From an uncultured Verrucomicrobiota bacterium (lineage in GTDB: Bacteria > Verrucomicrobiota > Verrucomicrobiia > Opitutales > UBA9783): a stretch of DNA of 64,000 bases. Positions 51,324 to 58,876 of this stretch are shown here, piece after piece. A program made the translations under genes and the position numbers. The DNA lies in assembly GCA_902495005.1 (NCBI GenBank), contig CABUVL010000001.1, positions 23,370 to 87,369 on the forward strand, written 5' to 3'. A model generated the notes under the pieces. That model was not told the DNA's origin, ran no database searches, and saw only the letters and a program-made list of their open reading frames with translations. How positions within the stretch are numbered: position 1 is the first letter of the stretch; each line of letters opens with the position of its first letter.

Positions 51324-52919
51324 TCATTTTTTCTTCAAGCAGTAAGTACTTTGTGTCAACGGAAGTAACTTATTCCGAAAAATCTTTTTATTGGCGGCTA
51401 AATACTCTAACAATTTAAAAATATTCTCGGTTTCATCCACACGATTTAACGCCTGTGCCAAGGCCTCTGCACTGAAGTATTGCCCCATGTGATCCGACAA
51501 GAAGCTCAACAATTGCTTTTGCAGATCGAGGAACTTGGCCGCCGCTTTTTTCCCCGCCTCAACCCCCGGTTGATTGTACGCATTGATGCGAACAAAACTG
51601 GCGTAAAATCCAACCGCACGCTCAAATAACGCAATCAGCGCACCCATACTTTGCGCGTTGAGGTGCTTTAGGGTAATTGTGATAGAGGGGCGATCTACTT
51701 CCGTCAACGCAAGCCGGGTGCCCAGCAAAAATCCTTCCAAGAAATCTGCCGACGTTAATCCAGGTTCAACCTGTACATTTGATCCGTTGTGAGGCACTTG
51801 CACCTCAATAAACGTGACAAACGCATCGTCGAGCCCATCACGCAATTGTTGAACGTAAGCATGCTGATCCGTAGAGCCTTTATTGCCGTAAACCGTCAGT
51901 CCTTGATAAATCTTGCGCCCATCATTGGCAAATTTTTTGCCCAACGACTCCATCACCAATTGTTGCAAATACCGCGGAAACAATACGAGCGCATCCTTGT
52001 AAGGCAAGACCACCATGTTGCGCTTTCCCGTTCCCTCCGTGCACGCGTACCACGACAGCGCCAACATCATCGCCGGGTTTGTCAACACCTCCGTATTGCG
52101 CGTTAAGATATCCATCTCCGTGGCCCCCTGAACGAGCGCACTGATGTCAATATTTTGCAAGGCCGCAGGCACCAGTCCAACGTTGCTGAACAAACTGGTT
52201 CGACCTCCGACCCAATCCCACATCGGGAAACGCGCCAACCAACGCTCTTCTTGCGCCATGAGATCCAACTTACTTCCCTCACAAGTGATGGCAACGGCAT
52301 GCTGATTGAACGGAATCTTCTGACGGGCAAAGGCGGCTTTTACCTCCATGAGGCCATTACGCGGCTCGGGCGTCCCTCCTGATTTCGAAGTAACAAGCAC
52401 CAAGGTTTGTCCCAAATGCTTGTAAATTTTCTTTAAAGTCCTAAAAATGCCATCGGGATCCGTATTGTCGATAAACAGAGCGCGTAAGCCTTTTGATTTT
52501 CGGTCCAAGGCATCTGACAACAATTGTGGGCCCAAGGCAGAACCACCAATGCCGACACACAAGAGGTACTTAAAAGGCCCCTGTGAGCCCTGAATTTCTT
52601 GGTTGATAATTTTTTCCGTAAAAGTTCTCACCTTCAACCAATTATCGTGCAATACCATATTGATATTTTGGTTGGGAGCCAATTGGAAATTTCTCAACCA
52701 ATAATGGCCCACCATTCGCTTTTCATCGGGATTTGCGATATTGCCCGCTTCCAAGGCTTCCATGTCGTTGAAGGCACGGACAATTTTGGACTGCATACTT
52801 TGGAAAAAATTTTCCTTAAATGGAACCTTGCTGGTATCCAACGATAATTTTAATGGATGTAAATAAACAAAAAACTTTTTAAACGTCTGCCAACTCATAA
52901 GAATGTCTAAGAATAACAA
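51324..52919 (-). CDS. pgi: glucose-6-phosphate isomerase
   Basis: CVGIGGSALGPQ, LVTSKSGGTPE, GGRTSLFSNVGL and GSTDQHAYVQQLRDG blocks. An alternative start is at 52898. Confidence 0.92.
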   Translation of the reverse strand: MLFLDILMSWQTFKKFFVYLHPLKLSLDTSKVPFKENFFQSMQSKIVRAFNDMEALEAGNIANPDEKRMVGHYWLRNFQLAPNQNINMVLHDNWLKVRTFTEKIINQEIQGSQGPFKYLLCVGIGGSALGPQLLSDALDRKSKGLRALFIDNTDPDGIFRTLKKIYKHLGQTLVLVTSKSGGTPEPRNGLMEVKAAFARQKIPFNQHAVAITCEGSKLDLMAQEERWLARFPMWDWVGGRTSLFSNVGLVPAALQNIDISALVQGATEMDILTRNTEVLTNPAMMLALSWYACTEGTGKRNMVVLPYKDALVLFPRYLQQLVMESLGKKFANDGRKIYQGLTVYGNKGSTDQHAYVQQLRDGLDDAFVTFIEVQVPHNGSNVQVEPGLTSADFLEGFLLGTRLALTEVDRPSITITLKHLNAQSMGALIALFERAVGFYASFVRINAYNQPGVEAGKKAAAKFLDLQKQLLSFLSDHMGQYFSAEALAQALNRVDETENIFKLLEYLAANKKIFRNKLLPLTQSTYCLKKK

Positions 52920-52947
52920 TCTTTTTTTATTTTTTGCAATACAAGGA

Positions 52948-52976
52948 TTGACTTTTTTTATAACGATTCGTAAGAT
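52948..52976 (+). promoter_or_regulatory. sigma70-like promoter (TTGACT-17 nt-TAAGAT) directly abutting the hsp20 ORF
   Basis: TTGACT is at 52948-52953, the spacer is 17 nt, and TAAGAT is at 52971-52976. The ATG at 52985 lies 8 nt after the -10 element. Confidence 0.5.
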
Positions 52977-52984
52977 TTAAAAGT

Positions 52985-53491
52985 ATGAAGAACTTCCACA
53001 AAAGTATTTTAGTACTTTGTGCAAGCTTTGGGGCAGTGTTGTCAACCTTGCAAGCCAAGAAGTTGCCCGCCCCGCAGTTTGACAAATTTGACCATGATCC
53101 CATGGAGTGCTTGTTTAAAGACAGTGTTGCCTTTATGCATCATTTCCTCTCTCAAGATGACTACGGACCACGTCCCCAAAAATTCTTGCGTTGGATGGAA
53201 TGCAAAAAGACGTACTGCCTCGAGGTTGCCATTCCAGGTGCCGATAAAGACGATGTAAAAATCTCTGCAGATGAAAATCTGTTAAGAATTGAAGCAGAGG
53301 TAGAGCGTCTCGGCTTCTGTCGCGAAAAAGATGGCGAAAATCAAAAGTCAAAACGCCATTTTCAGTTTGCAACCTTACTTCCTCGTGATGGTCAAATTGA
53401 CAAACTGGAAGCCAGCATGAAAAACGGTCTTTTGCTTCTCACCTTGCCAAAAGTTGATAAGCCAGAGGCAAAAATCATTCAAGTTAAGTAA
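52985..53491 (+). CDS. Hsp20/alpha-crystallin family small heat-shock protein with signal-peptide-like N-terminus
   Basis: Alpha-crystallin domain YCLEVAIPGADKDDVKISADENLLRIEAE...FQFATLLPRDGQIDKLEASMKNGLLLLTLPK. The N-terminus is MKNFHKSILVLCASFGAVLSTLQA/KK. Confidence 0.85.
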   Translation: MKNFHKSILVLCASFGAVLSTLQAKKLPAPQFDKFDHDPMECLFKDSVAFMHHFLSQDDYGPRPQKFLRWMECKKTYCLEVAIPGADKDDVKISADENLLRIEAEVERLGFCREKDGENQKSKRHFQFATLLPRDGQIDKLEASMKNGLLLLTLPKVDKPEAKIIQVK

Positions 53492-53520
53492 TTGTAGTTA
53501 TTCATTTTATTTTCATAATG

Positions 53521-53558
53521 CAGAGAAGGAACCTTACGAGGTTCCTTCTCTGTTATTT
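53521..53558 (+). terminator. rho-independent terminator after hsp20
   Basis: Perfect 14-bp stem CAGAGAAGGAACCT / AGGTTCCTTCTCTG with a TACG loop, followed by TTATTT. Confidence 0.85.
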
Positions 53559-53950
53559 AAGCGAGGGCATCATTATTTTTGCACCCTCCGCAAACTTCAC
53601 GCGTTTTTAGAACTGATCGTCAGGCCAAACCCTAACGAGAGGGTCAAAGTCCCATCAGCCCAAAAAAGAATGTCAGCTAAATGGCTTTTTCTCAGATGAC
53701 CATTTTCCCTAAAAAATCAAACGCCCCCATCGTTTGCACCGCAACATAGCATTCAACGTACAACGCTTGTCTACCCCACAGATTAAATGAAACGCCCTCT
53801 AGGTATGCATAAGCTGCTTTAGATAACGTATAAAGCACATGCCTATTTACCGGCGTTAATTCGCCTCCCGACAATTTCGTTTCTCGACCACAGCACAGTT
53901 ATACGAGCGGCCCGATCTTTTCTAAAATAAGTCTAATGTAAATCTTACGC

Positions 53951-54676
53951 TCAATGGGAAAAACTCTTGACCAACGATTGCACAATGAGCGACCATCCAT
54001 CCACCAAAACAAACAATAAGATTTTAAACGGCAACGACAAAATCGCCGGAGGCATCATCATCATACCCATCGCCATTAAAGTTGAAGCCACGAGGAAGTC
54101 TATGAGTAAAAATGGGATAAAAATCATAAAACCCATTTGAAAAGCCGTCCGCAGTTCACTTAAAATGAAAGCGGGGATCACGATACTCAGCGACAACGAT
54201 TCTGGCCGTTCATGGGCGGTGGCAGGCTGCGCCAAATGTAAGAAAAACTCCAGGTCCTTTTCACGCGTCTGTTCCAACATAAAACGTTTCAAATGCACCG
54301 AACCCAATTCAATAGCCTCCTGCGTATTAATTTTCTTTTCATTGTATGGCACAACGGCCTCCTCATAAATACGCTTGCCAACCGGCGCCATCAAAAACAC
54401 GCTCAAAAAAAAGGCCAGGCCGATGAGGATTTGATTAGACGGATTAGAGCCCAAACCAAGTGCATTTCGGGTAAAACTCAGTACAATGACAATGCGCGTA
54501 AAACTGGTGGTTAACATTACAATCGAAGGCCCCAACATGAGTAATGTCATGAGTAAGACCAATTGAATACCGGGCAGCCAATCGTTAATGGGCCCTTGCG
54601 GCAATTGTATCTGTATACTAGAAGGTAGGTTCATACCGGTAACTTTTACAGTATCCGCAATCACCTCCACGGGCAA
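53951..54676 (-). CDS. fliP: type III export-apparatus protein FliP/SctR family (flagellar-type by motif recall)
   Basis: TSFTRIVIVLSFTRNALG, PSNQILIGLAFFLSVFLMAPV, FMLEQTREKDLEFF, PAFILSELRTAFQMGFMIFIPFLLIDFLVASTLMAMGMMMMPP and FKILLFVLVDGW motifs. The TTG start at 54676 and the ATG at 54634 are both possible. Confidence 0.9.
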   Translation of the reverse strand: MPVEVIADTVKVTGMNLPSSIQIQLPQGPINDWLPGIQLVLLMTLLMLGPSIVMLTTSFTRIVIVLSFTRNALGLGSNPSNQILIGLAFFLSVFLMAPVGKRIYEEAVVPYNEKKINTQEAIELGSVHLKRFMLEQTREKDLEFFLHLAQPATAHERPESLSLSIVIPAFILSELRTAFQMGFMIFIPFLLIDFLVASTLMAMGMMMMPPAILSLPFKILLFVLVDGWSLIVQSLVKSFSH

Positions 54677-54938
54677 GGCTATTATTTAAGAAAAAGATCG
54701 CTGTTGAATAAGCTTATGGCAAACAAGAGAAAGTCTAAGCACGTTTTGGGAGCGATCCCCAAAAGCAACAGTAACGCCGCCGGGAGCGATTCGATGTCCG
54801 TAGAGACAATAAACAATTCCCTCAAAAACAATGCACAACATGATCGTCAACTGTGAGGGCGAACTCCCCAAAAAGAGGTTATTTTACTGACAAACAAATA
54901 ATTTCTCAATAGTATAATTGTTTTAGGCCATAAACATC

Positions 54939-55751
54939 ATGAATAAGACAGTTAAAAAACTATCACAACTTTGTATCTTGTTAATCACGAGCTCACTTCA
55001 TGCAAACCTCATAGAGTTGCGCATAAAGGAAAGTGATCTAAAAAATACAAATACCGTAACGGCCGATGATGTTAGCAATGTATTAAAACGAAAACACAAA
55101 ATGCGCGATCACATTGCTACAATTATACTCCCAGATTCAATTCAAGTCATTGGAGAAGGCGCATTCGCAGCGTGTAACAACTTAAAAAGCATTTCGTTTC
55201 ACAACGTACAATTCATTGAGGACCGTGCCTTTTGGTACTGCAGCCAATTAAGTTGCATCGACCTTCCGAGAGCACAAGCTATTGGTGAGTCTGCTTTTGC
55301 GTTCTGTCAAGCGCTGAGTGATGCACAACTTCCAAGCGCACAGTGTCTTAATAAATTTGCATTTTTACACAGCGCGTTAAAATACATCGAACTCCCGAAC
55401 GTTGTATCCATTGGAGGAGGCTGCTTTGCCTATTGTCCTTTAAATAGCATCGATTTGCCAAAAGTACGATCTATTGAAGATCACGCATTTTGGTCATGTG
55501 CCTCGTTAAACCGCATTGCACTCCCATCCATACAATCCATGGGTGGAGCAGCTTTCGCCCACTGTAAGCACCTACAGCACGTTGAAATGCCAAGCATTCA
55601 ATCCATCGGAACGCAGGTATTTTGGGGATGCAGCGAATTAAATAGCATTGAACTCCCAAGCACGGCCCTGAAGAATCAGAATAAGAGTACACTCCTTAAA
55701 CAACTTTGGGCACCGTCTAATTGTAAGATCATCCTCCTCAAAAAAGAGTAA
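54939..55751 (+). CDS. secreted BspA-type leucine-rich-repeat protein (paralogue 1)
   Basis: Signal peptide MNKTVKKLSQLCILLITSSLHA/N, then about nine 22-24-aa repeats of the type LPxSIQxIGxxAFxxCxxLxxI. Confidence 0.85.
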   Translation: MNKTVKKLSQLCILLITSSLHANLIELRIKESDLKNTNTVTADDVSNVLKRKHKMRDHIATIILPDSIQVIGEGAFAACNNLKSISFHNVQFIEDRAFWYCSQLSCIDLPRAQAIGESAFAFCQALSDAQLPSAQCLNKFAFLHSALKYIELPNVVSIGGGCFAYCPLNSIDLPKVRSIEDHAFWSCASLNRIALPSIQSMGGAAFAHCKHLQHVEMPSIQSIGTQVFWGCSELNSIELPSTALKNQNKSTLLKQLWAPSNCKIILLKKE

Positions 55752-55869
55752 TACTGGAATATTTTCTAATAAAATCACTAATGCTCCGAAAACTTTCCCT
55801 TATTCAATTATTGTATTGTCTACCATAAACTAATAACATAGAATATGAAGGGTTAAGCTGAATAATTCT

Positions 55870-57189
55870 ATGAACAACAAGACATTGAGAACGTACAAGT
55901 TATTAACACTCGTTGAATTGTGCCTACTTCATTTTTACAGTCCTATGCAGGCCGACAATAAGACTTTTACAAAAGCTGATGCCATAAGTGCAATAGATAC
56001 AGCAAATGAAAACAATACGCCTGGCATCATAGATCTCAGCAACCATCAAAATTTTAGCTCAACACAGGACATTCTCATCATATCACAAGGCGCATTCGTA
56101 TCTGCATATGACGACGACCTGAAAGAAATTACCATTCCAACCCCTGTAAGAATCAATTCTCAAGCTTTTAAGAGCTGTGGCGTAAAAAAAGTAACGTTTG
56201 TCCAACAAAATCAAGGAAACACTAATTCAGTCATCTTGGGCGACGAGGCTTTCGCCTATTGTAAGAAGCTAACAAGCATTACAATTCCCGCAAAAACCAC
56301 AAAGATAGGGCGAAATGCGTTTACCGGTTGTGGACTAACGACCATTGCTTTTGATACTGGAATAGCCATCACTTCCATTGGCGATGGCGCCTTTCAAAAT
56401 TGTGGGGCCTTAACAAGTATTGCCATTCCAAACTCCGTCAAAGAGATAGGCAACAGCGCTTTCGCAGGCTGCGGGCTCAATACAGTCGACCTCAACAATG
56501 CTACCGCCTTAACTTCCATTGGCGACGGCACCTTCGAGGGCTGCGAAGACCTCACGGATATTACCATTCCAAACTCCATTACCGAGATAGGCCGGGATGC
56601 GTTTGCCGGTTGTGGATTAACGACCGTTACCTTCAATGGCAATACTATCACTTCCATCGGCAATGGCACTTTTTCAGACTGCGAAGACCTTATGGACATT
56701 ACCATTCCAGACTCCGTTACCGAGATAGGTGAAAACGCTTTCGCAGGCTGCGGGCTCAATACAGTCGATCTGGGATCAGGTGTAACTTCCATCGGCAACC
56801 GAGCATTCGCAGATTGCAAGAGCTTAACAAGCATCCGTATTCCAAATTCCGTCACAAAGATAGGACAACACGCTTTTGCACGCTGCGGCATTAGTACAGT
56901 CGATTTCGGTTCAGGTGTAACTTCCATCGGATATGGCGCTTTCGCGGACTGTGAAGACCTCACGGATATTACTATTCCAAACACTGTCACAAAGATAGGC
57001 CCGCTTGCGTTTGCCGGCTGCAGAAACCTGGCCCAAGTGACCATTCAAGGGGAAACAACCCTGGAGGACCATGTATTTGACCACTGTGATAAGCTGACAA
57101 GCATAACTGCTTCAGACCAAAGCACAAAAACCTACATCACCAATAACAAACTATTATTAGGGCTTAGCGACAACTGTACCATCCAGTAG
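55870..57189 (+). CDS. secreted BspA-type leucine-rich-repeat protein (paralogue 2)
   Basis: Signal-like N-terminus ending MQA/D, then a long array of ITIPNSVTEIGxxAFAGCGLTTVxF..ITSIGxGAFxxCxxLTx units. Confidence 0.85.
   Translation: MNNKTLRTYKLLTLVELCLLHFYSPMQADNKTFTKADAISAIDTANENNTPGIIDLSNHQNFSSTQDILIISQGAFVSAYDDDLKEITIPTPVRINSQAFKSCGVKKVTFVQQNQGNTNSVILGDEAFAYCKKLTSITIPAKTTKIGRNAFTGCGLTTIAFDTGIAITSIGDGAFQNCGALTSIAIPNSVKEIGNSAFAGCGLNTVDLNNATALTSIGDGTFEGCEDLTDITIPNSITEIGRDAFAGCGLTTVTFNGNTITSIGNGTFSDCEDLMDITIPDSVTEIGENAFAGCGLNTVDLGSGVTSIGNRAFADCKSLTSIRIPNSVTKIGQHAFARCGISTVDFGSGVTSIGYGAFADCEDLTDITIPNTVTKIGPLAFAGCRNLAQVTIQGETTLEDHVFDHCDKLTSITASDQSTKTYITNNKLLLGLSDNCTIQ
56270..57035 (+). repeat. 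intragenic tandem super-repeat (~135-141 bp, about 6 copies) encoding paired LRR units
   Basis: Recurring strings include CGCTTTCGCAGGCTGCGGGCTCAATACAGTCGA at 56458 and 56737, GAAGACCTCACGGATATTAC at 56546 and 56954, and ACTTCCATCGGCAA at several phases. Confidence 0.8.
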
Positions 57190-57331
57190 CATAAGCATTC
57201 TTAAGCTCATTGGACTCGTAAAAGTTTTTGATCTTGTCAAAAACTTTTATGTTATTTTATTGACAAACCGCATGTTTTAAATAGGCATAAAATTCACTTT
57301 AAACAAAAAAATTATAATTTAGTTACGAGCC

Positions 57332-58756
57332 ATGAACAAAATAATAAGAAGAACTACACCATTTTATATCTTACTATTGAGCAGCGCTATTCACGCAGCA
57401 ACGCTTGATCTTTCTCTTGAAAATATAACAGAAATAACCCGCGAATATATTACTAAGAAATTAGACGAACGGAAGATTCCTTACACTCAATTTACGGACA
57501 TCAAATTGCCCATAAGCGTCACAAAAATTGGCGATTGCGCCTTCCAACAATACAATTATCTAACCCGCATTGATGCGCCCAATGTCGAAACAATTGGGCA
57601 ATGGGCCTTCCAAGGCTGCCAAGCCCTAAAAACAGTCAACGTTCCTAAGGCAAAAGAGATAGGGCGTTGGGCGTTTCTTTCCTGCAACGAACAACTGAAA
57701 ACTATTATTTCCAAGAGATCTATTCAAGAATTAAAAAATCACATTATTTCTACACTTGACATTCCAGTGGATACTCTTGAAGAATTAGTAGGCCACATTG
57801 GGCTTCAAAAAACAACACAAATAAGCAATACGCCCATCCTGCGCATTACGTCTGCATCCCACGATATTGATTGGGATGATTGGGGCACACCAAGACAGCT
57901 AAGATGGGACAAAGACAAAATTAATAGTTTAATTAATAATACCCCCACACAAAATATAAGGCTGACGCCCGAAGAAATAAGAAAAATACTTTCTTATAAT
58001 CCCGCTCTTGCTCTTACTACGTTTCGTCCAACAACCTTAGACTTAGAATACCGAAATTTTGAAATTCAAACATCCTTGTTTAACATATCAAACAAACTTA
58101 TAATTAAACAAGGGATTCAAAGCGTAACACAAGAGCTCGTCAGACAATGTTTGGAGTACTTATCAGAAGAACTAGACAATTGCCCAAATCAACCCCAAAA
58201 GTATTTCCAAGAAATTGTCCTGCCCGATTCTGTAAAATGTATAGAAGCCAATGCCTTTGAAGGATTCACTGCACTAAAAACAATTAATTTAGGAAAAGTA
58301 GAACAAATAGGTTCTGCAGCATTTAAAGGTTGCATTAACTTAAGCGAAGTAAACTTAAGCAGCCTAAAGACAATAGAGAACGAAACTTTTATGGGTTGCA
58401 GGAACTTGCAAATAGCATCTATGGAGAACGTGGAAACTATAAGTGACAAAGCTTTTATGGGCTGCACGAATCTAGAAAACGTATCTATAGAGAACATAGA
58501 GAACATAGGTATTATGGCTTTTATGGGTTGTACGAACTTGCAAACAGCATCTATGGAAAACGTGGAAACTATAAGTGACAAAGCTTTTATGGGCTGCACG
58601 AATCTAGAAAATATATCCATATCTAAAGACAAAATAAAAAGTATAGGTGACAGAGCGTTCAAGGACTGTCCCAACCTCACGTATCCGGAGTTGCCAAAGG
58701 GGATTACAATTGGAAGTGACGCGTTTGACCACCAATATTGGTGTGCGATTTACTAA
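57332..58756 (+). CDS. secreted BspA-type leucine-rich-repeat protein (paralogue 3) with a non-repeat central region
   Basis: Signal peptide MNKIIRRTTPFYILLLSSAIHA/A. LRR units lie at both ends (LPISVTKIGDCAFQQYNYLTRI; VETISDKAFMGCTNLENVSI), separated by a ~190-aa unrelated middle part. Confidence 0.85.
   Translation: MNKIIRRTTPFYILLLSSAIHAATLDLSLENITEITREYITKKLDERKIPYTQFTDIKLPISVTKIGDCAFQQYNYLTRIDAPNVETIGQWAFQGCQALKTVNVPKAKEIGRWAFLSCNEQLKTIISKRSIQELKNHIISTLDIPVDTLEELVGHIGLQKTTQISNTPILRITSASHDIDWDDWGTPRQLRWDKDKINSLINNTPTQNIRLTPEEIRKILSYNPALALTTFRPTTLDLEYRNFEIQTSLFNISNKLIIKQGIQSVTQELVRQCLEYLSEELDNCPNQPQKYFQEIVLPDSVKCIEANAFEGFTALKTINLGKVEQIGSAAFKGCINLSEVNLSSLKTIENETFMGCRNLQIASMENVETISDKAFMGCTNLENVSIENIENIGIMAFMGCTNLQTASMENVETISDKAFMGCTNLENISISKDKIKSIGDRAFKDCPNLTYPELPKGITIGSDAFDHQYWCAIY
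58415..58612 (+). repeat. near-identical 66-bp direct repeat at 132-bp spacing inside LRR paralogue 3
   Basis: 58415-58480 and 58547-58612 differ at one position in the first 65 nt, and share a 53-nt identical run (58427-58479 = 58559-58611). Both encode MENVETISDKAFMGCTNLEN. Confidence 0.9.
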
Positions 58757-58771
58757 ATAATTTTAACGGTC

Positions 58772-58802
58772 GCCTTCAGAGAAATCTGAAGGCTTTTTGT
58801 TT
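58772..58802 (+). terminator. rho-independent terminator after LRR paralogue 3
   Basis: 9-bp stem GCCTTCAGA / TCTGAAGGC with a GAAA loop, followed by TTTTTGTTT. Confidence 0.8.
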
Positions 58803-58876
58803 ATAATTAAGCTTGAAAAGCAAAAATCACCATTTAGCTTATCTTTTGTCCAGATGGGCACAGAAAGTATTCAAAA

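Noticed and set aside
56394-57044. 216-aa minus-strand ORF antisense to LRR paralogue 2.
   Set aside because: It lies entirely within the tandem-repeat region of a well-supported plus-strand LRR gene. Its own sequence is just the mirrored periodicity (..PMEVTPEPKSTVL.. repeated), so it is an artefact of the repeat structure.
58189-58680. 163-aa minus-strand ORF antisense to LRR paralogue 3.
   Set aside because: Same situation as above: a repeat-driven open antisense frame inside a gene with a signal peptide and clear LRR units on the plus strand.
54939-58756. The idea that the LRR proteins are type III secretion effectors (YopM/IpaH-like), because they sit next to fliP.
   Set aside because: All three have classical Sec-type signal peptides. 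The LRR subtype is BspA-like rather than the YopM/IpaH type. fliP looks flagellar and is transcribed divergently.
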